Assembly: GCA_003212315.1 (NCBI GenBank)
Contig: QCQB01000010.1
Location: 1,486 to 65,485, forward strand
DNA from: SAR116 cluster bacterium AG-447-C21
Lineage (GTDB): Bacteria > Pseudomonadota > Alphaproteobacteria > Thalassobaculales > Thalassobaculaceae
Direction: 5' to 3'
Length of the DNA stretch: 64,000 bases
Shown: positions 8,993 to 19,563 of the stretch, in pieces
Layout: each line of letters starts with the position of its first letter
Numbering within the stretch: the first letter of the stretch is position 1
Position numbers and translations under genes: made by a program
The notes under the pieces: generated by a model
Told to the model about the DNA's origin: nothing
What the model saw: only the letters and a program-made list of their open reading frames with translations
Database searches by the model: none

Positions 8993-10354
8993 TTAACCCT
9001 CCTTTTCAATCTTTAGAAGGCTATCACGCAAAGCCTGACCATATTCATACTTCGCCGGACACGAAAATGTGCAAAGAGCAAGATCTTCTTCATCTAGCTC
9101 AAGTGCTCCCAGGGATTGAGCAGCGTCGGTGTCCATAACCAATAACGATCTCAGTAGCTGAGTTGGAAGGAAGTCTTGGGGCATTAAGGTTTCAAAAACA
9201 CCCGTTGGGACCATTGCTCGCCTTCCACCATTTAGATTTGAAGTAAAATTAAATAGTTTTGAACGCCGGAAAGCTGACGCCAAAACTGGCATCGCGGCGA
9301 ATTTATTAGGTTGCGGTCTAATCCATCCAAAAGGAATCTGTTCGGTATCTTCTTTTATTAGGGTGACTTGTCTAGAAAATCTACCCAAATATGCCAGAGC
9401 CCCTTCCGCCACACGCCCACTCAGGATAGAGCCCGAAATTATCCGACAAGGAGCTTGTGGATCGAATTCATTTTCGACTAAATCGTCTAAAGAGGCTCCC
9501 GAGATAGTTTTCAATAACCTAGGGTTGAGAGCTAATGGACCTGCCAAAGAAATTACACGTATAGGATTGATGTATCCTGAACGCATCAAATGGCCAATTG
9601 CTATGACATCCTGATATCCAATCGACCAAACCACATTATTAACAGATGGTGGGTTAAGAAAATGCATATGCGTTCCAGCCAATCCTGAAGGGTGCGGCCC
9701 GTCAAATTTATGACTTTCTGCATTTGCAACCCCGGTTACATCACCAATAGTCCCATTCGAAGCCTTACAAATATAGACTTTGCCATCCGTCAACGTTGCA
9801 ATCGAACTTACGCCAAGATTAAACGCCTCCTGTTCTTGACTTACGACAACAGATGCGTCAGGAGCAAGAGGTTCAGTCTCCATCGCAGTGACAAAGATAG
9901 CAGACGGCACATCCTCTTCTAAGGGCATCTTGGAATAAGGTCTGGTTAGAAACGAAGTCCAGAGCCCTGAATCAAATAGGATTTTTTTTACTTTATCCCT
10001 CTGAAACCCGTCTGAACCGATGGCGCCAAAATTCACTCCCTTATCGTCAATATCATCAACGTCTATAATGACACTTTGCAAAACTCGTCGTGCCCCACGC
10101 ATGACCCCTCGAACTCTTCCTTTGCAAGGAGAAACAAACATTATGTTCGGTGCTTCTTTATGAGAAAAAAGAGGCGTTCCTCTGACGACTTCATCGCCCT
10201 CTGCAACTAGCATTCTTGGTTTCAGGCCATTATAGTCACTTCCTACGACGGCAACGCTCTTGGGAGTGGCGCTTTCGTGAATCGTTTGTTGCGGTATTCC
10301 GTTTATTGGAAGATCCAGCCCTATTTTAAGCCGAAATTCTGACATTAGTAACAA
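8993..10354 (-). CDS. nqrA: Na+-NQR subunit A
   Basis: 453-aa soluble-type protein. The N-terminus ..KIGLDLPINGIP is typical of NqrA, and it is the first gene of the nqrABCDEF order. The true start may be the Met at residue 4. Confidence 0.9.
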   Translation of the reverse strand: MLLMSEFRLKIGLDLPINGIPQQTIHESATPKSVAVVGSDYNGLKPRMLVAEGDEVVRGTPLFSHKEAPNIMFVSPCKGRVRGVMRGARRVLQSVIIDVDDIDDKGVNFGAIGSDGFQRDKVKKILFDSGLWTSFLTRPYSKMPLEEDVPSAIFVTAMETEPLAPDASVVVSQEQEAFNLGVSSIATLTDGKVYICKASNGTIGDVTGVANAESHKFDGPHPSGLAGTHMHFLNPPSVNNVVWSIGYQDVIAIGHLMRSGYINPIRVISLAGPLALNPRLLKTISGASLDDLVENEFDPQAPCRIISGSILSGRVAEGALAYLGRFSRQVTLIKEDTEQIPFGWIRPQPNKFAAMPVLASAFRRSKLFNFTSNLNGGRRAMVPTGVFETLMPQDFLPTQLLRSLLVMDTDAAQSLGALELDEEDLALCTFSCPAKYEYGQALRDSLLKIEKEG

Positions 10355-10637
10355 TTCCCCTGGCGCGTTACATTTTAGGCAAAGCAGATGCGAACAATTA
10401 TTTAAATGTGTAATTTACAGGTAGACAAATTTCCCGTCTTAAACTCTACGTTATTTACCAAGTAACATATTAATTTTTACCATTATAGCAATCTCTTAAC
10501 CAAGAAAAATTACTATATTTTTATGATTCTTTTGAGGTTCATGCTATTTTTTTATAAATTAGGGCTTGGCTTATTGGTAAAGGCAACAGTTAACGCATAT
10601 CAACCGGTCAACCCACTACCCGAAATGGTAAAATTTC

Positions 10638-11675
10638 ATGGTTATCAATTTTAAATCCACATTGAGTATTTTGATGTTGTTTATTCTAATCGGATGCTTT
10701 GGAGACCAGAAAGAACCATCGCCTGTTTCTATAAGTGGCCAAACCATGGGCACTACATACAATGTAACCGTGGTTGATAATCCATTAAGCTTATCTAAAG
10801 AAGATCTGAAAAAACGAATAGAAGAAACACTCAATGACGTAAACGAAAAGATGTCCAACTGGTACGAACAATCTGAAATAAGTACAATCAACAATGATAA
10901 GAGAGGGAAACCTATTGATTTATCCCAAGAACTTTTCGACGTGATCAATATATCAACAGACATACATAACAGAAGTAACGGAGCTTTTGACATAACGGCG
11001 GCACCGCTCATAAACCTTTGGGGGTTCGGGCCAAATAATTCTGAGAGGGAAATACCATCCGTGTTAGAGGTAAAAGCTGCTCTAGAACTGGTAGGACAAA
11101 CCAAGCTGTTGAAATTGATACCAGGCTTAAACCAATTAAAAAAACGAAATCCAGAAGTTTTGATAAATTTGTCAGCAATAGCTAAAGGGTATGGTATTGA
11201 TAGGGTTGCCAGCACTCTGAAAGAACAAAAAATACAAAATTTTCTGGTGGAGATCGGCGGTGACCTAATAACGTCAGGCACCAACAAAAATGGAAAGTCA
11301 TGGTCGATTGGTATAGAAGCACCCAAGATAGAAAGTCAGATTGTTCAGTCTGTAATAAAAATTAAAGATCAAGCCATGGCCACTTCGGGAGATTACAAAA
11401 ATTTCTTTGAGAAAAATGGAATTCGATACTCTCATATAATCGATCCTAAAACCGGTTATCCTATTCGACACAAAACATTGTCTGTAACCGTTTTGGCTGA
11501 GAGCGCTGCACTTGCTGACGGCTGGGCAACCGCTATGTTGGTATTAGGAAACAACGATGGGATGATTGTAGCGAACAAACTTAACATACCCGTTTTTTTT
11601 ATTTCAAGTCATGAAGAAACGTTTATAACTTCAGGTAGCGACGAGTTTAAAAAAATTGTTGCAGGGAAACATTAA
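10638..11675 (+). CDS. apbE: FAD:protein FMN transferase (flavin transferase ApbE), lipoprotein
   Basis: 345 aa with a signal peptide and lipobox LILIGC. It shows the ApbE family pattern (GAFDITAAPLINLWGFG, AIAKGYGID, ATSGDYKNFF, YSHIIDPKTG). It is divergent from nqrA. Confidence 0.9.
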   Translation: MVINFKSTLSILMLFILIGCFGDQKEPSPVSISGQTMGTTYNVTVVDNPLSLSKEDLKKRIEETLNDVNEKMSNWYEQSEISTINNDKRGKPIDLSQELFDVINISTDIHNRSNGAFDITAAPLINLWGFGPNNSEREIPSVLEVKAALELVGQTKLLKLIPGLNQLKKRNPEVLINLSAIAKGYGIDRVASTLKEQKIQNFLVEIGGDLITSGTNKNGKSWSIGIEAPKIESQIVQSVIKIKDQAMATSGDYKNFFEKNGIRYSHIIDPKTGYPIRHKTLSVTVLAESAALADGWATAMLVLGNNDGMIVANKLNIPVFFISSHEETFITSGSDEFKKIVAGKH

Positions 11676-11709
11676 AGATCATAACTACAAAAAGATCGGA
11701 AATATCTAA

Positions 11710-11934
11710 TTGGAAACTTTCGTTTTTACTTTCTTTATCCTTCTAATATTGATGCTCATTATGTCATTAGGTGTGTTATTAATGGGGAAGAATATAAAAG
11801 GAAGCTGTGGGGGATTAAACGCGATAACTGGAGCAGACAAATGTGTGGTTTGCAAAAAAGATATAGATCCTAATAGCCCTCTTAATGAAAAATTGAGATG
11901 TCACCGGGCCCAGCAAATAGTTCGCGAATTTTAA
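11710..11934 (+). CDS. nqrM: (Na+)-NQR maturation protein NqrM-like (DUF539)
   Basis: 74 aa with one N-terminal TM followed by a Cys-rich tail (GSCGG ... KCVVCK ... RCH). It lies directly after apbE. The start is TTG in the ORF track. Confidence 0.7.
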   Translation: METFVFTFFILLILMLIMSLGVLLMGKNIKGSCGGLNAITGADKCVVCKKDIDPNSPLNEKLRCHRAQQIVREF

Positions 11935-12014
11935 TACTCAATTCCTTCATTATGTGTATACGTTTTATAGAACCGTAAATTACCGAAGGATTGACTTGAA
12001 ACGTAAATAGGTTG

Positions 12015-12194
12015 TTAACTGGGCATATCTAAAGGGACAAATGCGACTACAACAAAGGACAAAAACGCCAGAGAACCATACACCCAAGCTCTTTTAACCC
12101 AGCCAGCTTCCTGACTCACCCAGTTTTGACGAAAGACCTTTCCACAATAAATCATGGCAACCAATAAAACCGCCGCCAGCAAAGGATCCAGCAA
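12015..12194 (-). CDS. Possible small two-TM membrane protein (hypothetical; start uncertain, TTG 12194 or ATG 12155)
   Basis: Hand-translated frame, bounded by an in-frame TGA upstream and TAA at 12015-12017: (M)LDPLLAAVLLVAMIYCGKVFRQNWVSQEAGWVKRAWVYGSLAFLSFVVVAFVPLDMPS. It is below the ORF-track length cutoff. I recognise no family. Confidence 0.25.
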   Translation of the reverse strand: MLDPLLAAVLLVAMIYCGKVFRQNWVSQEAGWVKRAWVYGSLAFLSFVVVAFVPLDMPS

Positions 12195-12357
12195 AATGTA
12201 CCTGCCTTCCGATCAGTATATCAATGATATATATAACATATGTGACAAAATTAAATTGACCGATTTTTTGCTCAATATACCTCAAAAAGAGCTAACTAAT
12301 AAAAGTTTAGTTTCGGCACTATTATTTTCAAGATCTTTCGAAAACTAAATCCCAACA

Positions 12358-12434
<77 letters not shown>

Positions 12435-12533
12435 TGATCTTGGGGCACATTATATTATTTACCGTCCCTAATTAGTCCCTTAGCAATACACACGCAATAA
12501 AAAACCACCTGTTCTGGTAAAAATATACTTCTG

Positions 12534-12609
12534 TGGTGGGCGCTGACGGGTTCGAACCGCCGACCCTCTCGGTGTAAACGAGATGCTCTCCCAACTGAGC
12601 TAAGCGCCC
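12534..12609 (-). tRNA. tRNA-Val (anticodon UAC)
   Basis: The reverse complement reads GGGCGCTTAGCTCAGTTGGGAGAGCATCTCGTTTACACCGAGAGGGTCGGCGGTTCGAACCCGTCAGCGCCCACCA. The anticodon loop is TTTACAC and CCA is encoded. Confidence 0.95.
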
Positions 12610-12627
12610 TTTATGAAATACTCTACT

Positions 12628-12665
12628 CAAATCAAAAGCACCGAACCTTAAACTGATTCGGCACT
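12628..12665 (-). terminator. Probable rho-independent terminator of hupB
   Basis: The minus-strand RNA reads AGUGCCGAA-(11-nt loop)-UUCGGUGCU followed by UUUGAUUU. The 9-bp stem includes two G-U pairs that form only in the minus-strand orientation. Confidence 0.5.
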
Positions 12666-12682
12666 CTTAATATTTAAGTCTT

Positions 12683-12955
12683 TTAATTCAATGAGTCTTT
12701 CAAGCCTTTACCTGCCTTAAACTTCGGCTGCTTTGAGGCTGGAATATTAATTTTTTCGCCTGTTCTGGGGTTACGGCCTTCGCTTGCCGCCCGGTCAGAT
12801 ACACTAAACGTACCAAATCCGACTAACCGCACATCATCGCCTGCCTTTAGAGCGCCAACTATTGATTCTATAACTGAATCGACGGCACTTCCCGCATCAG
12901 TTTTGGAGAGCCCCGAACTATCGGCGACTTTTGTAATTAGTTCGTTTTTATTCAC
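12683..12955 (-). CDS. hupB: DNA-binding protein HU
   Basis: The sequence (M)NKNELITKVADSSGLSKTDAGSAVDSV ... GFGTFSVSDRAASEGRNPRTGEKINIPASKQPKFKAGKGLKD is canonical HU. I prefer the GTG start at 12955 (90 aa) over the track start at 12994. Confidence 0.9.
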   Translation of the reverse strand: MNKNELITKVADSSGLSKTDAGSAVDSVIESIVGALKAGDDVRLVGFGTFSVSDRAASEGRNPRTGEKINIPASKQPKFKAGKGLKDSLN

Positions 12956-13162
12956 GCTATGCCCCTTCCAGTATCCTAAAGTAATTGAGCCCACTAAAAC
13001 AATTTTCAGCTGGCTAACTACGTCAGTCTAAATCGGTGGGTAGCCTTGCGTCAATGTAAGTATAGAAGAATTTCTAATTTTTTTGTCCTTCTCTGTGTAA
13101 AAACAATGCGTCTTTAAAAATAGATAGGCTTTAGTGCCCAATCTTTAGCCCTAAAACTGATT

Positions 13163-15562
13163 TTAATGTTTGACGACCTCCTCCTGCACGATATCTTCAG
13201 GCTTATTAATAGGAGCACTAGGATCACCTTCTCCCAGGCTAACTGGGACTGGCTCAGCGGCCAAAGCGTGCGATATAACCTCATCAGCAACAGTAACAGG
13301 AATTATCGTCAAGCCCTTCTTGACGTTATCCGGAATATCCGCGAGATCCTTCTCGTTATCCTTTGGGATAAGAACTGTTTTTAGCCCTCCCCTCAGCGCA
13401 GCTAATAGTTTTTCCTTTAGCCCCCCAATTGGCAACACCCTACCTCTAAGAGTTATCTCACCGGTCATAGCAACGTCGCGTCTCACGGGTATTTCTGTAA
13501 GAACTGAGACAATCGACGTAACCATGGCAACTCCCGCAGATGGACCATCTTTAGGTGTTGCTCCTTCCGGTACGTGCACGTGAATATCCTTATCCTCTAG
13601 GATTTTTGGGCTTATGCCGAATGAGGCAGCGCGCGATTTAACAAAACTCTCCGCCGCTTGCACAGACTCTTTCATTACATCGCCAAGCTTCCCTGTTGAT
13701 GTTACTTTTCCCTTGCCCGGGACTGTAACTGACTCTATTGACAGGAGTTCACCGCCCACCTCTGTCCAAGCTAGGCCAGTAGTGACTCCAACCAAATCAC
13801 TGTCTTCTGTTTCGCCAAATCTAAACTTTTTCACTCCCGAGAATTTCTCTAAATTTTTCTTGGTAATTTTTAATTGCTTAACTTCCGTCATCAGTATTTC
13901 TTTTACTGACTTCCTTGCTAGATTAGCAATTTCCCGCTCTAAATTGCGGACTCCGGCCTCTCGAGTATAATAGCGAATTAAGTCTCTTAAGGCATCATCC
14001 GATATACTCCATTCGGTATCTAGCAACCCGTGCTGATGCCTTTGTTTCCCTATCAGATGTTTTTTCGCAATCTCAACTTTCTCATCTTCGGTATAACCAG
14101 ATAGCCGAATTATCTCCATACGGTCCAGTAATGGCTGCGCCATCCGCAATGTATTGGCTGTTGTTACGAACATAACATCCGAGAGATCGTAGTCCACTTC
14201 AAGATAGTGATCCTGAAAACTACTATTCTGCTCTGGGTCAAGAACTTCTAAAAGCGCCGAGGACGGATCGCCCCGGTAATCATTTCCTAACTTGTCTATC
14301 TCATCTAATAAAAATAACGGATTCGATGTTTTAGCCTTTTTCATCCCTTGAATGACTTTTCCGGGAAGCGAACCAATGTAAGTTCGTCTATGCCCTCGGA
14401 CTTCAGCCTCATCTCGAACGCCGCCCAATGACATTCTAACAAAGCTACGCCCTGTTGATTCTGCAATAGATTTTCCAAGTGAAGTTTTACCAACACCTGG
14501 GGGACCAACCAAGCACAGTATTGGGCCTTTAACCTTACCTGTTCTAAGCTGGACCGCAAGATATTCTAATATACGCTCTTTCACTTTTTCGAGACCATGA
14601 TGATCACGATCTAGAATATTCTGAGCAACCGTAAGATCTTTTTTCACCCTCGACCGTTTTTTCCAAGGGATACTGAGCATCCAATCGAGATAATTACGGA
14701 CGACCGTCGCCTCTGCTGACATTTGGCTCATATTCCTAAGTTTCTTCAACTCAGCCATAGCCTTTTCTCGAGCTTCTTTAGAGAATTTTGTTTTTGCGAT
14801 TTTCTCTGATAGTTCCGCTAATTCATCCCCACCATCTTCATTATCACCCAATTCTTTCTGTATCGCTTTCATTTGCTCATTGAGATAGTATTCCCTTTGA
14901 GTTTTCTCCATTTGTCTCTTGACGCGGTTTCGAATTCGCTTCTCAACCTGCAAAACGCCAATCTCACCTTCCATGTGACTGAAAATTTTCTCTAATCGAG
15001 CTGACACTGAGCTCAATTCGAGAAGTTCCTGTTTCTCCTGAATCTTCACTGCAATATGAGAAGCTATGGTATCCGCCAATTTACTAACATCATCGATCTG
15101 GTTAACTGATACTAATACCTCTGGAGGGATTTTCTTATTCAACTTTATATATTGCTCAAATTGTGTCACAACCGCTCGTGATAAAGCCTTTTGTTCCTGA
15201 CTATCGTCATGGCTTTCCTCGACTTTTTCCGCTTCAGCCTCGAAAAATTTGTCGTTATCTAGATATTTTTTGATCTTTGCTCGATGCGTACCCTCCACCA
15301 AGACTTTGACTGTACCATCCGGTAACTTTAGCAATTGAAGTATAGTTCCGATTGTTCCTATCTGGAACACATCGTCAAAATTAGGATCGTCAACGCCAGC
15401 ATTTTTTTGGGTGGCCAAAAATACCTGCTTGTCCTCTTGCATCACGTCTTCCAGCGCATTTATTGACTTCTCTCGGCCAACAAATAAAGGAACTATCATG
15501 TGCGGGAATACTACGATATCGCGTAAAGGTAAAACGGGATAAGTCGAGATTTCTTCAGTCAT
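13163..15562 (-). CDS. lon: ATP-dependent Lon protease
   Basis: 799 aa with the N-terminus [27 protein letters not shown]. It has Walker [10 protein letters not shown] and the protease Ser motif PKDGPSAGV. Confidence 0.97.
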   Translation of the reverse strand: MTEEISTYPVLPLRDIVVFPHMIVPLFVGREKSINALEDVMQEDKQVFLATQKNAGVDDPNFDDVFQIGTIGTILQLLKLPDGTVKVLVEGTHRAKIKKYLDNDKFFEAEAEKVEESHDDSQEQKALSRAVVTQFEQYIKLNKKIPPEVLVSVNQIDDVSKLADTIASHIAVKIQEKQELLELSSVSARLEKIFSHMEGEIGVLQVEKRIRNRVKRQMEKTQREYYLNEQMKAIQKELGDNEDGGDELAELSEKIAKTKFSKEAREKAMAELKKLRNMSQMSAEATVVRNYLDWMLSIPWKKRSRVKKDLTVAQNILDRDHHGLEKVKERILEYLAVQLRTGKVKGPILCLVGPPGVGKTSLGKSIAESTGRSFVRMSLGGVRDEAEVRGHRRTYIGSLPGKVIQGMKKAKTSNPLFLLDEIDKLGNDYRGDPSSALLEVLDPEQNSSFQDHYLEVDYDLSDVMFVTTANTLRMAQPLLDRMEIIRLSGYTEDEKVEIAKKHLIGKQRHQHGLLDTEWSISDDALRDLIRYYTREAGVRNLEREIANLARKSVKEILMTEVKQLKITKKNLEKFSGVKKFRFGETEDSDLVGVTTGLAWTEVGGELLSIESVTVPGKGKVTSTGKLGDVMKESVQAAESFVKSRAASFGISPKILEDKDIHVHVPEGATPKDGPSAGVAMVTSIVSVLTEIPVRRDVAMTGEITLRGRVLPIGGLKEKLLAALRGGLKTVLIPKDNEKDLADIPDNVKKGLTIIPVTVADEVISHALAAEPVPVSLGEGDPSAPINKPEDIVQEEVVKH

Positions 15563-15695
15563 AGGATCAACGGCCCTTTTTCTAGCTTCTAATAGGTGAT
15601 TTCAAGTTTCGCAACCTGATCACACTAGATATTTGGCCTCGTCTTGGCAAAAAATCAAGATCTAGAAAAACTTTCTGTAAAAAAATATTTAGCGC

Positions 15696-16976
15696 CTATG
15701 CACTTGTCTCAATTTCTTCGCGGCGTTCCGAGTGAACAGAGATTGGTTTTGAACCATGTTCAACTACGTCAGAGTTAATAATAATCTCTTCAACATCACT
15801 CTTTTCGGGCAATTCAAACATAGAATCGAGAAGTATAGCCTCTAAGATAGACCGCAGGCCGCGTGCTCCAGTTTTTCGTTCAATAGCTTTAACCGCTATG
15901 CTACGCAACGCATCATCTCTAAACTCTAATTTCACCTCTTCCATCTCAAACAAACGTTGATATTGCTTTATCAAGGCATTTTTTGGTTTGCTCAATATAT
16001 CGACCAGAGCATCTTCATCTAAATCTTCCAAGGTTGCCAAAACTGGCAGCCTTCCGACGAACTCTGGTATCAAACCAAATTTTAAAAGATCCTCTGGTTC
16101 CACATCCTGTAAAATTTCGCCTGTTTTTCTATCATCTGGTGAACTTACATCTGCATTAAACCCTATTGACGAACCTTGCCCACGATCGGCGATAATCTTA
16201 TCCAGACCAGCAAACGCACCGCCACATATGAATAGAATGTTAGTTGTATCAACCTGCAAGAACTCTTGCTGAGGATGCTTGCGTCCACCTTGGGGTGGCA
16301 CACTAGCGATTGTTCCCTCCATTATTTTCAGTAATGCTTGCTGGACGCCCTCCCCCGAAACATCTCTTGTAATCGATGGGTTATCTGACTTACGACTTAT
16401 TTTATCAACCTCATCAATATACACAATGCCTCTCTGCGCCCTTTCCACATTATAATCTGCCGCCTGAAGAAGCTTAAGAATTATATTTTCAACATCCTCA
16501 CCTACATACCCGGCTTCTGTGAGAGTTGTTGCATCAGCCATAGTAAAAGGAACATCTATTATTCTTGCTAAAGTCTGTGCCAGAAGGGTTTTTCCACAGC
16601 CTGTCGGCCCAACTAAAAGTATATTAGACTTCGCCAATTCCACATCGCCAGCTTTTTGATCATGGGCCAATCTTTTATAGTGATTGTGAACTGCTACCGA
16701 TAAAATACGTTTCGCAAAGGGTTGTCCTATAACATAATCATTCAGGACATCGCATATAATTTGCGGAGCAGGTACCCCATCCTGTTCTCTCACCAATGTC
16801 GACTTATTTTCTTCGCGGATTATGTCCATGCATAATTCAACACATTCATCGCAGATAAAGACCGTTGGTCCAGCAATTAACTTTCGAACCTCATGCTGAC
16901 TTTTTCCACAAAACGAGCAATACAGTGTATTTTTTGAGTCCCCACCGTTATTGCTAGTAGTATTCGACTTATCCAT
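15696..16976 (-). CDS. clpX: ATP-dependent Clp protease ATP-binding subunit ClpX
   Basis: It has the zinc-binding N-terminus [11 protein letters not shown]...CDEC, Walker A GPTGCGKT and IGF-loop-type regions. The start is chosen at the Met of MDKSNTT (426 aa); the track ORF begins 18 nt upstream. Confidence 0.95.
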   Translation of the reverse strand: MDKSNTTSNNGGDSKNTLYCSFCGKSQHEVRKLIAGPTVFICDECVELCMDIIREENKSTLVREQDGVPAPQIICDVLNDYVIGQPFAKRILSVAVHNHYKRLAHDQKAGDVELAKSNILLVGPTGCGKTLLAQTLARIIDVPFTMADATTLTEAGYVGEDVENIILKLLQAADYNVERAQRGIVYIDEVDKISRKSDNPSITRDVSGEGVQQALLKIMEGTIASVPPQGGRKHPQQEFLQVDTTNILFICGGAFAGLDKIIADRGQGSSIGFNADVSSPDDRKTGEILQDVEPEDLLKFGLIPEFVGRLPVLATLEDLDEDALVDILSKPKNALIKQYQRLFEMEEVKLEFRDDALRSIAVKAIERKTGARGLRSILEAILLDSMFELPEKSDVEEIIINSDVVEHGSKPISVHSERREEIETSA

Positions 16977-17120
16977 TTTCCAGATCCGCAACAATTCCTT
17001 TATCAGTCAATTATCAACTGATAATTAATTTTAAACAAGGCCTTTAATTTGATTAGCCAATAATCGGCTATTTCTCAATTAGAAATAATTCAAGGTGCGC
17101 ATTTAATAGATCACTAAAAT

Positions 17121-17762
17121 TTACTCCCCCGTTTCGACTGGTCGTTTTTCAACGACCTCGTCAATCAATCCAAATGATTGCGCCTCTTTTGGAGTTAGAA
17201 AATTATCGCGTTCCATCGCACTTTCAATTTTACTAATTTTTTGACCGGTATGCTTGACGTAAATCTCGTTAAGCCGGGCACGCGTTGAGAGTATTTCTTT
17301 AGCGTGTATTTCAATATCTGTGGCTTGACCTTGGAAACCACCTGATGGTTGGTGGATCATAACCTTTGAATTAGGGAGAGAATATCTCTTCCCTTTAGCG
17401 CCTGCTGTCAACAGTAGCGAACCCATTGATGCCGCTTGTCCGATACATACTGTCGATATGTCTGGCCGAATATACTCCATAGTGTCATACATGGCTAATC
17501 CCGAGGTTACGATACCGCCTGGGGAATTTATATACATAGAAATATCTTTTGTAGGGTTATCTGCCTCCAAAAAGAGTAATTGGGCACAAACTACGCTGGA
17601 TACAGAATCGTCAATTGGACCAATCACAAAGATGATTCTCTCCTTTAATAGGCGCGAGTATATATCAAATGCACGCTCTCCGCGATTGGTTTGTTCAACA
17701 ACCATAGGGATCAAACTACTCATCTGTAACTCCTGGGAATTGGACATTCTAACGAATCTCAT
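17121..17762 (-). CDS. clpP: ATP-dependent Clp protease proteolytic subunit
   Basis: [37 protein letters not shown] (catalytic Ser) and MIHQPSGG are all present. The true start is probably an internal Met (17747 or 17723). Confidence 0.95.
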   Translation of the reverse strand: MRFVRMSNSQELQMSSLIPMVVEQTNRGERAFDIYSRLLKERIIFVIGPIDDSVSSVVCAQLLFLEADNPTKDISMYINSPGGIVTSGLAMYDTMEYIRPDISTVCIGQAASMGSLLLTAGAKGKRYSLPNSKVMIHQPSGGFQGQATDIEIHAKEILSTRARLNEIYVKHTGQKISKIESAMERDNFLTPKEAQSFGLIDEVVEKRPVETGE

Positions 17763-17811
17763 TCATCAATTAACCGGTTCATGTTCTTCTCGGTTGAGAG
17801 AAAATCAATGA

Positions 17812-19242
17812 TTACTTCTTATCTTTTTTCGCTTCTGCTACCTTTTTTTTAGGCTTTGCTTTTTTTACTGGTTTTTTCTTTGGCTTATCCAACGGCTGAT
17901 CAACAGCTTCTTCTTGTGGCGACATTAATTGTTCCGAAGAAACTGTCTTTTCTGTTACTGTCGCCATTTCTGTGATAAAATCGACGATTTTATCCTCAAA
18001 TATAGGAGCCCTAATACTTGCCATGGCCTCAGGGTTTTTCTGATATAGTTCCATTATTTGTTGTTCTTGTCCTGGGTAGCGCGATACTTCTTTAAATAAG
18101 GCGCCTTTAACTTCTTCCTCAGTGACCTCTATGTTATTCAGCCTACCGACTTCCTGCAGCAACAAACCTAACCTAACTCGCCGTTCGGCAATTTTCCAAT
18201 ATTCCTCTTTATCTTCGTCCGATAGGCTCGCATCCGGTGCAGTTTGTTCTTGAGCTTCTTCTTGAGCTTGTTCGGCTGGGGGTTGATTTATGGCCCGACA
18301 AATAGATTCGTACTCCTGATCAGCCATCCCCTTTGGCACATCGAAGGTTTTCCCTTCTTCTAGTATATCGAGAAGTTTCCGTTTGAGTTGAGCTCTAGAG
18401 GCCTGACTTAGTTCTTGTTCTAATTGCCCCTTCAAGGCGTCTTTTAAAGCTGCTAGGTCTTCCAAGCCAAAAAGTTTGGCGAATTCATCATTTATTTCAA
18501 TGGGTGATGGTTCTCTGATCTCAATTAACTTAGTGTCAAAAACAGCATCCTGCCCCGCCAAGGTTGGCTGACTATATGGTTCAGGAAACGTCACTTTCAC
18601 TTTAATAGATGAACCTGCCTTTTTTCCGACCAATTGCTCTTCAAAACCAGGGATAAATTGATTCGAACCTAATTCTAGCTGGTGTCCTTCTGCGCTACCA
18701 CCATCAAAAGGCTCTCCTTTGACTGAGCCTTTGAAGTCAATTACTACAATATCGCCAACTTTAGTCGCTCGTTTGGTTTTTATCGGCTCCGACCCTTTGT
18801 GCTGGTCTGCTAATTTTTCCAAAGCTTCATTAATCTCTTTATCGCCCGGGGTCGCCACTAGCTTTTCTAAAGATATCGCTGAAAAATCAATAGGATCAAT
18901 TTCTGGCATCAATTCCACGGTCAGACTGAATTCAAGATCTTTACCCTCTTCGAAAGAAGTTACCTCAATCGATGGCTGCAACGCAGGCCGCAATCCCCTA
19001 TCATCCAAAGCTTTTTGAGACGAATCGTTTACTGATTTTTCCAAAACCTCGCCTAATACAGATTGCCCAAATCTCTTTTTCACTAACTGCGTTGGAACTT
19101 TTCCCGGTCTGAAACCTGGCAATCTTAGAGTAGGAGCAAGCTCACTTAAACGTTCATTTATTTTTGTGTCTATATCATTAGCCGATATAACTACTTTGAA
19201 TTCGCGCTTTAAGCCCTCAGTGAGCGTCTCTGTAACATTCAT
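17812..19242 (-). CDS. tig: Trigger factor (with an unusual Lys-rich C-terminal tail)
   Basis: 476 aa. It has the ribosome-binding motif GFRPGKVP and an FKBP-type middle domain (GDIVVIDFKG ... FIPGFEEQLVG). It lies upstream of clpP-clpX-lon. Confidence 0.95.
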   Translation of the reverse strand: MNVTETLTEGLKREFKVVISANDIDTKINERLSELAPTLRLPGFRPGKVPTQLVKKRFGQSVLGEVLEKSVNDSSQKALDDRGLRPALQPSIEVTSFEEGKDLEFSLTVELMPEIDPIDFSAISLEKLVATPGDKEINEALEKLADQHKGSEPIKTKRATKVGDIVVIDFKGSVKGEPFDGGSAEGHQLELGSNQFIPGFEEQLVGKKAGSSIKVKVTFPEPYSQPTLAGQDAVFDTKLIEIREPSPIEINDEFAKLFGLEDLAALKDALKGQLEQELSQASRAQLKRKLLDILEEGKTFDVPKGMADQEYESICRAINQPPAEQAQEEAQEQTAPDASLSDEDKEEYWKIAERRVRLGLLLQEVGRLNNIEVTEEEVKGALFKEVSRYPGQEQQIMELYQKNPEAMASIRAPIFEDKIVDFITEMATVTEKTVSSEQLMSPQEEAVDQPLDKPKKKPVKKAKPKKKVAEAKKDKK

Positions 19243-19363
19243 TTTCTTATTCCGATCTTATTCACACTGACCTCTATGGAAAAGGCTATCATACCCATGC
19301 AGTTAATTAATATTCCATGTGTTGTTTCACGATTAACACAGAATTAAACTAACCTATATATCT

Positions 19364-19448
<85 letters not shown>

Positions 19449-19563
19449 ACATAACACACTGTCACCTGTTTTACTTGCAAAAACACCTGACGACAACTAG
19501 TTAGATATCCGGCATGGCTAACGGATGCTTACTGATACGTCAATAACTGTTGAAAAAAAAAAT

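Noticed and set aside
10616-11326. 236-aa minus-strand ORF antisense to apbE
   Set aside because: The plus-strand frame has unmistakable ApbE motifs and a lipobox. The antisense frame has no motifs and would start inside the nqrA/apbE promoter region.
12094-12348. Track ORFs 12094-12285 (-) and 12154-12348 (+) between nqrM and tRNA-Asp
   Set aside because: They overlap each other, have no motifs and show odd composition. The alternative small two-TM frame (12015-12194) is at least membrane-protein-like, and even that is only low confidence.
13166-13970. Several 70-137-aa plus-strand ORFs inside lon. Similar antisense ORFs occur inside pitA (23157-24098), ppx (62014-63126), pepN, dctM and others.
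   Set aside because: All are antisense to strongly supported genes, are Ser/Pro/Thr-rich as is typical of antisense frames, and show no independent signals.
15563-15695. CTTGAAA (complement of 15600-15606) upstream of lon as a possible sigma-32 -35 element
   Set aside because: It lies only about 38-44 nt from the start codon. The expected -10 element (CCCCAT/CYTAT-like) at the right spacing is not convincing and would collide with the ribosome-binding region.
16995-17120. Three small AT-rich hairpins (6-bp, 5-bp and 6-bp stems) between clpP and clpX
   Set aside because: The stems are too short and AT-rich to distinguish from background, and there is no U-tract pattern indicating a terminator.
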